Positions 51,230 to 63,005 of a stretch of 64,000 nt of DNA are shown here, one piece after another (positions within the stretch are counted from its first letter, which is position 1; each line of letters opens with the position of its first letter). A model generated the notes under the pieces. That model saw nothing but the letters and a program-made list of their open reading frames with translations. It had not been told where the DNA came from and made no database searches. Source of the DNA: Auanema rhodensis (Eukaryota > Animalia > Nematoda); contig OZ059898.1 in the NCBI GenBank assembly GCA_964057225.1, positions 5,270,001 through 5,334,000 of the forward strand, given 5' to 3'. The translations under genes and the position numbers were made by a program.

Positions 51230-54200
51230 ATGGCTAAGGTCGAAGTACAAATTCGTAGCTGCTTCTGCTGTGGCTTGTCCTTAGCTACTATTCTTGTAGC
51301 TCTCTATACCTTGGTGAGTTTGTTCATTATTTTTTAATATTCTATTTGGTATTATTTCCTTTTTTGTCTAGTTTTCAACAACTTTATTTTGTATCTAGGC
51401 TCAAGTTGATTTCAATCTCTTTTGTCTATTGATTGCGGTTCATTAAACCTGTTTCACGATATCCTTTGTTTTCTGCCATCCAATAAAATTGATTACTTTC
51501 TGAGATATAGTGAGATAATGGTTCAAGAGTATCATGTTTTCTTTCGCTTTTTTGTATTGTTGTATTTCTTTTTCGGGCATATATCCTATAACTAAGTTGG
51601 TCACTAGACTGAGATAATTGGCTTGACTATTGGTTGATTCCAGTCTCTCCTATAGTCAATCAACGTAGTCCAGCTATCCTCGTTTCTGTTCTTGTAGACA
51701 TATTCTCTAGTTATGGAAGAATATGAGGAATATCCACTTATCCAACTTTCTGTAAAAGATGAATCATCTTAGCCTGCAACTAATTTGCACGTTTGAATAC
51801 ATAGCCAATACCAACCTTTCCTGATCATGTAGGCATATTTTCGTTTAAACACTATGTCAAGGACTTTGTATAAATGTTGAGAAAGATAGTACATACATTT
51901 ATTTTTTTCTGAACATAACCATCATTATTTAGTTTGTTTTTCGAACACTTAAACTATTTATGCTCTTAATTCTAATTATTTTTGTAACTAAAAAGGTTTT
52001 AATCAAGTTCTCAGCAATAAATCAATATTATCGAAAATAACTAAGATATAGAAAAAAATTATGAGAGTGAACATTTTCAAGATTCAAAAAAAAAACTTTT
52101 TTTTTGTATTTCTAATTGAAATCATGATGATTTTTTTAAAGATATTATATTCTCTTTTGACTGGGTTAGCCGGTTGGGGTTTATCAGACACAGCAGCTCA
52201 TGGAGATTCATCCTTTTATCGTAGTTGCGACCTGGAAGCTCAAGGAAAAATCACAGCTGGTAATAAATTTTAATTTTATTATAAACATAGCATAATTTAG
52301 AAAATCGTAAATTAACTTTCCATGGTGGTCATACTACTGTTGTTGTAGAAGATTCATCTTCTTATCATTGTTCGCTAGGATTATATACGGAAGAATTAAA
52401 ATATGAAGCTGGCTGTGAGTTATTATTGAAGTTATGAAAATTGTCATGTAAATTACATGTATTTAGTGAGATATACTACATTAGTTGTCAATCTATTCAT
52501 CTATGTTGGTATGATCCTCGCTTCAATTCTCCTGTTGATTGGTAAGTGTTAAGAGCCAGTGTGTCTGTCTTTGAAATTTCAAACATAGTATCTGGTTTTA
52601 TCATGAAAAATCCTAATGTTACTTGAATAGATTCATTGATTTTTCAATCTAAATCTATCATAAGCCTTTTGAAGCTGTTTTACCTCACCTCGAACATGCA
52701 TTTTAATGGCATTTCTATTGTTAAATCTGCCATTTGAATAGAATACAAAAAACGAAAATCTCGTATTTCAATGAAAGAATCTTTTGTTGCGATCAACTTT
52801 TTTATTTATAGGATTGGCTATCTATAATCAATGGTTACTTGTACCATGGGTAATTCTTCTCGCAATCGATATCGTACGTGGACTTATATCCGTATTCTTC
52901 ATTTTCTTCTTCAGCTATGTAAGTTTGAGATTATTTTTTATTTTTGGCGCCACATGTAAAGAATGTCCCTATGGCAAAAAAACTATTTGGGTATTTTCTT
53001 CTTTTCGTCTCATGTGGGAAGGGTGTGGTCTTTATATCTTTATATGGTCGTTCTGCAACTAACTGGCTAGTTGGCAGAAATATTGAATACCATAGATGGC
53101 CATGAGTATCTTGTATCGGCCCAGTCTACTTTTCGTGAACGACTGATCGTTTTCAGTAGCCTGATCAACTAAATTTTTGTCACTTGACACCGACTCCACC
53201 TATAAAATTTACATTGCATTCTATTCATCAGAAGTACTATACGGATATCATAGTATTGACAGTCCAATATTGGAATATAAAGGTTTTAAAACTGAAACTA
53301 CAGTTTTACTAATGTCGAATTACATTATTCACCTCGTTACTTTGATTATTTATTTATTTCATGGCCATAGTACCTAATCAGATCTTGTTTAAATCTGATG
53401 TTAAATACAATTGTACATAACATTTTATTCAAAAATTTACAAGCATTATTTCAAACAATTAAATCTGGATTATTGATGGTTTAATGGCGGAGTATAAACT
53501 ATAACCAAATTTTTGTGGATTTTAGTGAATGGAGAAAATAATACATAAGTTGATGTTGATAATAAATTATCATCATTGAAAAACTGTATTATTGGTATGC
53601 AACAAGGGTCAGCAAAAGTAGATCTACACATATAAATGAGAGAGAAAGATAGAAAGATTTAGAGGAATAATCATGAGAGTGAAGGTGATGAAGAACATAA
53701 ACCCGTTTTGCTTGACAGCGAAAGAACGATTAGGACCGTCAGTCATAATTAGATGCTAATTGTGGACTTAGTACGAGGGAAAACAAGTAAATAATTTAAA
53801 AAGTGAGAATTTCACTGTAATACATGGAATAGGGATAATAATTTATGTTGTAAGCTTTAATTTTACCAATTTTTCCAATTCCAGGGTAACTTAGCACGTA
53901 TTGCTACAGGAATTTTCTTCCTTGGTCTTCAATTTTTCCACGTAAGTCAATGATATTTGTTTCTATACTTTATACTAAAAAACTGTATAGATCTCCCTCT
54001 TGATGATTATCATAGCTAAATTCCAACGTATTTACAACCGACGCAACGGAATTCCAGTAGATAATAGACCAGTAAGTTTTAATATATTCTTCATTAGACT
54101 TGACTATTAATATTCACAAATATATCTTTTTGCAGTTTGAGCAGAGAGCTTATCCAGCTTCTTCAACATACGCTTATTCCCCAGATCATAGACGACCTGA

Positions 54201-54294
54201 ATACTATCCAGAATCTGTTCGTGACCATTATGGACTTCCTGCCATGCATCATCCACAACAGATTCCATATGATAACCATGGATATCGTTATTAA
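51230..54294 (+). CDS. Four-TM protein of LAPTM/DUF4728-like architecture
   Basis: N-terminal RSCFCCGLSLATILVALY motif, ASILLLIGLAIYNQWLLVPWV, four hydrophobic segments and Tyr/Pro-rich cytosolic tail; phase-consistent exons at ~51230, 52142, 52301, 52467, 52812, 53885, 53991, 54136. Confidence 0.78.
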
Positions 54295-54468
54295 TATTAT
54301 ACTCCATCTTATATTCTTTCGAAGAGAACTTGTGCCTTTAGTTATTTGACCGCACATATATTATATCGGTGCTCAATCAGATTGCCTTTCTTGCCATTTT
54401 AAGGATTGTATTATAAATTTATACAGGTAGTTTTGCCTACAAGAAATGAACAAATGACTGTTTATCGT

Positions 54469-55672
54469 TTAATTTTCTATTTTAAAATCGCAAAAACCGT
54501 TTTACATATCTTATAAGTATATGAGCCACGAAAGGCCAAATCAAGAATAACAGAAAATTAATCCAGCTGACCTTTTTCGGTAAGAATATGTACACTGTCT
54601 AAAACCAGATTCAGGTTTATGGCTTTTATGTATTATAACAATGACTTACAGCTTTTTTAAATACGTTCAACAACTGATTGTTTCTGGTTTCCATTAAGCG
54701 GGATAACACCTCGATTCGTTCCGATATAATCTGTGGTTTAAAATGTTTCCCAAAATAATGCTTAAATATTACTTGTAACTGTTCTTGAATCTTTTTGCCA
54801 GTTTCTGAAGATTTTATTTTTGGATGATCATGGATTTCATAGGAAGATGTACGTGATCTAAACAAACAATAACAGTTTCTCAATTCGAGTTTTTGACTTG
54901 CCGTGTCTGTACGTCCTCATCGATAGCATCACAATATTCAGAATCAGAGACAATTGAAGAAGCGTATCCCACCGTAGTAACATCAGTTGTCGATTGTGAA
55001 ATATTCCCAATCTTGAAGATATTAATAAAAGTTTTTAAAATAATAAATAATACTTGATATACTGATATTAGCTTTTTAGAACTGTCTTGTAAGCTTGTTA
55101 ATGTTCTAGCCTCCGAACTTGTTTGTTCAGACTTCCCAAGAGGGCTACCAATTTTTTCGAGCAGTGGTTTCATTTTTATATACAAATCACCTGACATCCA
55201 ATCCTAAACGGAAATATGTAGAGGAAGATTTCACAAAATTGAATGAAACGAAAACCATAAAAATTCTAAACAATGTGATAACCTCAACATTATGAGTTGC
55301 ATTCACGGTATCAATTTTGATTCGAAGTTTTTGTAAATACTGATCCATAGCTTCTTCAGATGACAGTTCCCCAAGGGCGTTCCACGAATTCCTAATATTT
55401 GTTTGTACTCAAAAGATATGAATTGGAATACAACAAACCATTTGTATGACTCCACAACATTCCACATTGATGGTTTTTTAATATTACAACGTCCTATTGT
55501 GGATTGTTTGAACAAACTATAGAAAGCTAGCTTTTCCTCACTGCTAGTAGTAACAGCACCTGTATACGTTTAGAATGAATACAATGAATAATTTTGAAAA
55601 AATACCTTCTTTCGGTAAATGTTTTACAATTTCAACTGCTGCTTCAAATTGTTCTTTTCGTGAAGCTAACAT
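54469..55672 (-). CDS. maa-1: Membrane-anchored acyl-CoA-binding protein (ACBD5/MAA-1 type)
   Basis: ACB domain (EQFEAAVEIVKHLPKEG, KLAFYSLFKQSTIGRCN..KPSMWNVV..YKWNSWNALG.LS.EEAMDQY), FFAT-like SDSEYCDAID, coiled coil and C-terminal TM FLFLIWPFVAH. Confidence 0.88.
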
Positions 55673-55917
55673 AATAAGAAGAGGACGTAGGAAAAAGTTG
55701 TTGAATTTATTTAGATCCACGACTGATAAAATGGAAAAAAATAAATTGTGGAAAAATAAAAACAAAGCAGAAAAATAATCAATTTATCAGATTATATGTA
55801 CACAGGATAAGAAGAACAATTAATTGGAAAAGTTAGCGTCTTCAACAAAAACGTAACAGGTTCAATCAATATCCTATTTGATAAGAACATAACAACAAAA
55901 TTTAACAAAGTTTTTTA

Positions 55918-56481
55918 TTATTCAATTTTGCCTGTGACTGAAGATATCGCATTCAAAATCTCTTTCTTTTGGACTGTAAAATAACTATGTTATCTCTACT
56001 TATATTAGAGCCTATTACCTCCAGTTGTTGCCTCGGCGTACATACTGTATAACTCTATTCTTCGATGTTTGGCTAAAAATTTCTCGCAAGCTCTGACACT
56101 TCGACCTCAAAAATCAACAGAAATGTGAATCAAATTCATTAACTCACCAATAAATAATGTTTGTAGAACTAATGGAGTTTTATCAACAGTTGTAATAAAG
56201 GGTAATGTTGTAGCAAGATATTTTTGACTACTTGTTTCAATTTTTATCAAGCAAATATCGCCATCTAATACCTTTATCTGAATTGTTTTTTTAATTTCAA
56301 AATTAAAAAATTGAATACTAACTATTATACTATTCTTCACTGCTGAAAATCCTAAATCTCCGTGAATATCAAGAATGCTTTTAACTATTGTAGTGAAAAA
56401 TGTGCTTCCATTGAATTTTACAGCCCCATTGTTATTTGGAATTATTTCTATGAGATAATAACGGGCTTTCTGCTTAACCAT
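55918..56481 (-). CDS. POP5: RNase P/MRP subunit POP5 (Rpp14/Pop5 family)
   Basis: MVKQKARYYLIEI, HGDLGFSAV, LATTLPFIT, TLFIGRSVRACEKFL match Pop5 motifs; three short introns. Confidence 0.85.
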
Positions 56482-56607
56482 CTTCAAGTAAAATACATAC
56501 TTACGAAACAATCGGAAATCAAGTAATAAGCGATGAAAACAGGTCTATGAACAACTTTTAAATTGATTCAAAAAGATTTAATCCTAACAAATATAAAACT
56601 TTAAAAT

Positions 56608-58436
56608 TCAACATTGACAATGTTTATACCATCTTGGGAATGGTATAGCATCTTTGATGTTCGTGATGCCAAGTAGTACCTGCAACAATCGTTCAAATCC
56701 TACACCAAATCCACTTGAAATAGGTTTTCCTCTTCTACGAAGATCCAAATACCTAAAGATGCATGATTATGAACAAAAATATACAAGATTGTAGTATACC
56801 AATCAATGTCTACTCCCCGAGCTTTTAATTCTTCGTAACATGGTTCGCGAACTGATCCTCCAGCTAATTCGCCAACTAAAGGACATAATAGATCAAAAGA
56901 CTCTGTCTGAATTATTAGCTTTCAAGGGGATATAAATATATAATCATACAACAGTTCCATCACTTGATCGTTTCATATATAAGGGTTTTTGGCTAATTGG
57001 AAAATGGGTAACAAAAATTGGCGATTTAAAATGCTCAACCTAAAAAATATACTCTTTTACTTTCCATTTATTATATACTCACCAAAAATAACTCATTCCT
57101 TTTACTTAAACCATTACCATCTCTCTCTTGTTTATTTTCAGCCAAAATATTTATAGCATCGTTGTATGTAATTCTGGGATATCTTTCCGTTTTTGCAATA
57201 GAGCTGAGAATTTGGTCATGATTCTGAAAATAAAAAAAATACCATTTAACATATTGGATATGAATTACACTTGCGGTAAATGAAGACATTGCTTTATGAT
57301 CTTTCATAAATTCTCCGTTTTCGATCACGATCGATGCACAATGCTTCACATAATCTTCTACAACATCACAAATCTCGCTTAAATTCTGAAATATGTTAGA
57401 TAAATAAGAATAAGTCTCAGAACACATACATCACAAAACGCCTGCTCAACCTCAAGCATACGGAACTCTGATAAGTGACTACTACTTTGTTGTTTTTCTG
57501 CACGAAGTCCACTATTTAATGTATAAACCCTACTAACCCCACTGAAAGTTGATATAAAGACCAAAATAATTTCAGAAACTATAAACCTGCATATTGCTTC
57601 TAAATGCAATTGTCCACTCACACTGAGAAAAACTTCCTTTTTCCCAAAAAAATTTTTATCAGCTGATGAGCCCGCCTAAGAAAATTTGTTATCAGAATAA
57701 TTTGCTTAAATAAATAAATACTATAACAGAGAAAGTTTCACCAGCTCCTTCACAATCGTTCGCGGTGAATACAGGGGTGTCGACGTGGAAGAAATCGCGA
57801 TTCTAAGCATTAGATGTAGGCAAGCATTGTATGATAAACACATAAACAAACCGAAAAAAACTTGTGTGTTTCCATAAAAAATCTTGACTTAAGTCTAATA
57901 ACAGCAGAAAATTCATTTGATCTTGCTCTTAGGTGTAAATTCGTTCGCAACTTATCAGTAGATAATGAAGAATACCTAGGCTATTTTGAAAAATCAAAAA
58001 AAAATTAATAAATACTTACATCCTTATCAATACTTATTACTTTACAAGACTGGGCTAATAATTCTCTACTCTGTTTCGATCCAGAACTTTCAGACCATGT
58101 CCCTGTAATTTCAAGAGCTGATCCCATTGGTACTATAAATTAAAACTAAATTAACATGAATTTTAAAAAATATATACCAGAAGAGCACAGATGCTTAGGT
58201 ATAACAACCTGAACAGTATCTACGGATAGCCCATCATTTAAATGAACAAAATTGAATTGACTAGTTTTCTGAGTTTTAGTTACCCAACCCTAAACTTCAG
58301 TTTCACTTGCTTCGAGCATTAGATGAGAGACAAAGCAGCTTACATTAACAGTGATTCTAGAGAGACTTTGATTTTCCTTTACCAGAAACCTAATAGGTCT
58401 CGCTGATGCACTTATTGAACGAACAATATTCAACAT
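56608..58436 (-). CDS. nars-2: Mitochondrial asparaginyl-tRNA synthetase (NARS2)
   Basis: Arg/Ser-rich presequence [19 protein letters not shown]-fold [77 protein letters not shown]...[10 protein letters not shown]. Confidence 0.94.
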
Positions 58437-58561
58437 TATTAAAAAATATGTATAAAAATTTATATAAATTTCAATTTTAATATTTATGAACACTACAAAT
58501 TCAAAATTAGCAATAGGGCAACATTCAATCCACCGAATTATAATTTTCAAATATGTTGTGG

Positions 58562-58957
58562 TCATTTGAAAATGAGGATAATTATTAAAAATAGAGTTAT
58601 GAGTCCGAGCCAAAGGTAAAACAGAACTGTTCCCAACTAAACAAATGTTTTAACACATTTATGAAAAAATAATACATACTTTAACTTTCCTCTTAAAACA
58701 ATTTAAAACAGAGTTCTCTTCCTTTTTCACATCATTACTAGCTGAACATCTTTCGTTAAGGTAAGACCTATGATATATAATAAGACAGACTAACCATTTA
58801 CATTTTTTTGGTTAGAAATAGAATAAGAGTGAGGATAGCTGTTTCTATGCTCATCGTAATAATTTTTATTGCTTGAACATGAAAGTGGTGGAGCAGTAGG
58901 AGTAGGAGTCAGTCCTTCTACGTTCAAAAAGACAGGGTCTTTGTACTGATTTGTCAT
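58562..58957 (-). CDS. Unannotated ~98-aa tail-anchored membrane microprotein (3 exons)
   Basis: MTNQYKDPVFLNVEGLTPTPTAPPLSCSS...QKNVN(A) / SNDVKKEENSVLNCFKRKVK / LGTVLFYLWLGLITLFLIIILIFK*. Introns GTTAGT..TTCAG (phase 1) and GTATGT..TTTAG (phase 0) keep the frame. Stop lies 125 bp before the NARS2 ATG. Confidence 0.6.
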
Positions 58958-58987
58958 ATTTGATTAGAATGAATTTTAAAATGGAAA

Positions 58988-59343
58988 TGAACCAAGTCTA
59001 GGTGACAATATAGATAATTTTTTGACAATTGCTTTTATAGTTTGTAAAATATCTGATAAGTGGTATTACAAATAAATTGATAAATTGTTATGTAAGCAGG
59101 AAGTTTTGAACCAAGTCTAGGTGACAATATAGATAATTTTTTGACAATTGTTCTTATAGTTTGTAAAATATCTGATAAGTGGTATTACAACTTAATTGAT
59201 AAATTGTTATGTAAGCAGGAAGTTTTGAACCAAGTCTAGGTGACAATATAGATAATTTTTTGACAATTGTTCTTATAGTTTGTAAAATATCTGATAAGTG
59301 GTATTACAACTTAATTGATAAATTGTTATGTAAGCAGGAAGTT
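58988..59343. repeat. Tandem repeat, 119-bp unit x3
   Basis: Units begin TGAACCAAGTCTAGGTGACAATATAG at 58988, 59107 and 59226; copies 2 and 3 appear identical, copy 1 differs by a few substitutions. Confidence 0.95.
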
Positions 59344-59666
59344 AAGAGCAAGTCATTGCTCATGGTTTTTTTTAAATAAGGCTTTAAAACATTATTTGCA
59401 AAATATAATATTTTTCAAAAGATCCTTTGTTTCTTTTAATTATTTATTCCTTTTGTGGTGTAATATTTTTACTTACGTTTTATAATTAATAATTATTGAA
59501 AGCAAGTTGTAAAACTGTTCAACAGATGATGGATCTAAAGTTCGTGTTTGTTTAACATAACGTAATTCAAAGTATTTATTATTAAAATATATAATATTTC
59601 AAATGTATTGCATAACAAACTCATATTGCATATGTACATCCCATGATATTGTATCAGTGTTATGGT

Positions 59667-61001
59667 CTAATTTTTTTCGTGAGAACCTAAACGACCTTAT
59701 GATGTTATAAGAAAATTAAATACACCGTTACCTTCTTTATCAATTCTTTCTAAATCTTCTAAGTCTAAGTCATCAAGAGGATCTTTCTTATTAATCAAAT
59801 GAGCTTCGCCTGATTTGCCTCCTTCAGTCTCTTCACTAGATGTAGATTCATCGCTGTATTCTTCACTGTCCTCATATGATTCACCACAATCTGAATCAAC
59901 AAAGTAAAAAAATATATGAACAAATAACAAATATTTCATATATACCTTTGCAACCTCCTCCACATCCATTGTTATTTCCGCATCCTATGTTATATAAATT
60001 TTATTGTGTTCCTTAAAAAATATATTTTACCTCCAGAAGATTCTCCACATCCACCGCTACCTCCACCACAACCTTGACCACATCCATAGCTTCCTGAACA
60101 ACCGTTTCCAGATTGATAAATGTTGTAAGGATCTGAATAAATATTAAATAACATTTTAGTTCACATTTGAATCACCTTTGTAATTAAGTGGAGCAGGATA
60201 ATAGTATTGTACAGATTGGTATTGCTTTGGATAAGCATACTGGAATCCAGGACGAATCAAATAACGATGAGGCAGACGGTCCCATGGATAATGTTGGAAG
60301 AAATATCCTTGACGTAGGGGAACTCCTTGAGCCTAGAATTAAAAATTATGATTCATAAATTCACGTATTAAATCTAACCACACTATTTTGCTTAGCAACT
60401 TTCTGTGGAATAGGGGATAATGTTGGAATAGCAGCAACTAAATACAAAAAAAATTAAGACAAAACATGATTTCAAAAATTATTTTATAAAAATTGACATA
60501 CCGTTTGACTTTGCGGATGAAGACTTTGAAGATGAAGATTCTCCATAGGATGTCTCCTCTTTATCCAACGAAGGAATATTATATTCCTGTGGAATGGGCT
60601 TATAAGTAACTTGCTTCAAATTATGATTTGCTTTAGCGCCTATAGATTATTGATGTAGAATTTAACTGTATTATATATATATATATATATATACCTTTTC
60701 CATTAGCTAAGGCTTCATTATCAAAATCATCGTAATCATCCACTTCATCTTGCACAACACCATGTGCTCTTACCTTTAATATCAAAATGACAGGAAAAAT
60801 AAGCATAACAACTCACTCGAATTTTCCTCCCAGGAATTATGGGACTATGTTTTAACAGATCTATATCACTAATTCCTACAAAGTAATTTTAAAAGTTTAT
60901 AAATGAAAAAAGACATCTAAAGAGTTACCTAAACTTTTGGCATACGGAGCATTCTGAGCATGTATAAGCGGAACTATCACCAATAAGATTATGTTAAGCA
61001 T
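59667..61001 (-). CDS. Secreted low-complexity protein with Gln/Tyr/Pro-rich, Gly/Cys-rich and acidic blocks (cuticle/eggshell-like)
   Basis: Signal peptide MLNIILLVIVPLIHAQ; ~10 short phase-consistent exons incl. QYAYPKQYQSVQYYYPAP, GNGCSGSYGCGQGCGGGSGGCGESSG/GCGNNNGCGGGCK/DCGESYEDSEEYSDES; ends GRLGSHEKN*. The last exon is less certain. Confidence 0.72.
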
Positions 61002-61792
61002 GGCGATTCTGGATCACAGGTGGCAAATGAGACAGCGTCAACGACTTTTACGTGAGGCTGTTTTCGATTAAATGATACAAGGATTGCGCAATAGGCGGCT
61101 TATCTTCGTTTCCAACAACGGGTTCTCGTTCAGGCTTCAGCTAAAGACAAAGGTAAATCTTGATGTGGACCGGATTGCCTTTTGTCATTTCCATTTCAAT
61201 TCGATTTCCTAAGTGGAACGGTCAAGTATCCACTTGTTTCTGGCAGTTCCGTCTATTTTCGGCATAACACGCAGCTGATTGATGACCAAGCATTACCTGG
61301 ATTTTTTTTGTACGCCGTAGGCATCGCGTGAACATGATTTGTCACAATTCAATAGGTAGCAAAACCATGGAATTGGTATATATATATATCAAGTTTTTTG
61401 CAAACTGACTTGAATGTTATCTCAACTGAATTGATAAGTACAATATACTCCACCAAAAATAACAATATCTTACAAACAAAAGCATCATTATTTCTCAGTT
61501 CTTGGTGCTATCATTAGCAGCTTCTTAATATTCTCTATGAAACAATCATCGAGTAGAATGTCATAGAAGTTCTGGATCACTTTGAGGCTTCTTGCTGATT
61601 ATTAACCAGTTTTGGTTATGTTTTTCGAAATTCAAGCATTTTCAGTTTTGGTGCCGAGAAGAAAGAGATACTAATCACAACAATCTTGATTCTATGAATG
61701 AAAAAAATCTAATAACAGAAAATTATCTTTATGGAGCACAAAATGTAAAAGACATATGACCGAGAAGATAATTGTGATTACTCTAAGTTGTT

Positions 61793-62204
61793 CTACTTAG
61801 AGGCATCACAATTCAAAAGCTTCTGACAGATTTCTGATGGTGGTGTACCAGATCTTGCTAGTTGAATAATTTGCTTAGCATGATGAGAAATGAAGTTGTC
61901 ACAGATTGGTTCCATAAGTCCCATCCGATTGCACCGTCTGTATTAGAAATAAAGACTAATTTTAATAATTCTCAAAATCTCTAAGCTGACCTGAACATAG
62001 CTTGAATCACTCCGGTAGGTGTAACTTCTGTTTCAAAAGCATCTGTTACAGTATCGCAGAACATACAGGACATAAAGTTGTTAGTAGTCTGAGTAGCACA
62101 AGAACTGAGCTCTAAGAATAAAAAAAATATTGTTGAAAATACAGTTTAAGTATACCTGCTCCAATAACAACAAGAGCTAAAATTGTGAACAAGACTTGAT
62201 TCAT
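61793..62204 (-). CDS. Saposin-like protein (SapB domain; spp/caenopore family)
   Basis: Signal peptide MNQVLFTILALVVIGA, then six-Cys SapB pattern: CMFCDTV...MFRRCNRMGLMEPICDNFISHHAKQIIQLARSGTPPSEICQKLLNC. Confidence 0.88.
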
Positions 62205-63005
62205 ATTGGTAATGTTTGAAATAAGAAATGACTCGTCTTTCGCGGCATTATATAAAAGCTGACCTCCTAGCTTCTCAAATTCCCTCATCGACTTCCTCGA
62301 ATGAATAATAAAGCAACACTTCCGATTAGGTTCCTTTTGCGTCATCCTCTAGCAAAGAAATAATACCTTATTGTCATTTCCTTACATTAACATGACTTAT
62401 AAAACAAAAACCTATGAACCACAATTAGAAACCTATGAACCACTCCTTCGCGCTTGGATTAATAATCAGTTGGAATAGAAGTCAGTACTAAGTTTGACTA
62501 TTCAAATTCCTCGAGATAGTAAGGAGAACTATTCCAGTCTACTCTTATGAAAAATAGTATTCTCAGTGTATAGTTCTGTATTAAGTCCTAAGAGGGTTTT
62601 TTCATTTTCTATATTTAACAATATTCTCTATACATAACCAAGTTGAAAAACCGGAAATTTAGTTCAGTAATATTGTAGGCGTGGAACACGATCCTTGTCA
62701 TCCTCAACGTTTTTAATATTTACTATATCATGGTTCTGAATTTGCAATTTCAGAAGCTGGATCATCATGACGTATACAGGAAATGTGGTTCAATAATCTC
62801 TGAACAATGCCTTTAAAAATTGACATACGTGAATATATTTTTATTCCAACGCCAGATTTCAAAAAAAGGACGTTTATATTTATTTAAGAAGGAATCAGGA
62901 TTATGTACTATCAAACGTCTTCTAATGTTTCATTTTGAAATAAAATTATGGAATGATTGCAGAAGCATCTAACGAATATGGAAAACATATACTTATGAAG
63001 TTCAC

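Noticed and set aside
58988-59343. CRISPR-like array
   Set aside because: Units are contiguous full-length duplicates with no unique spacers, and the context is eukaryotic.
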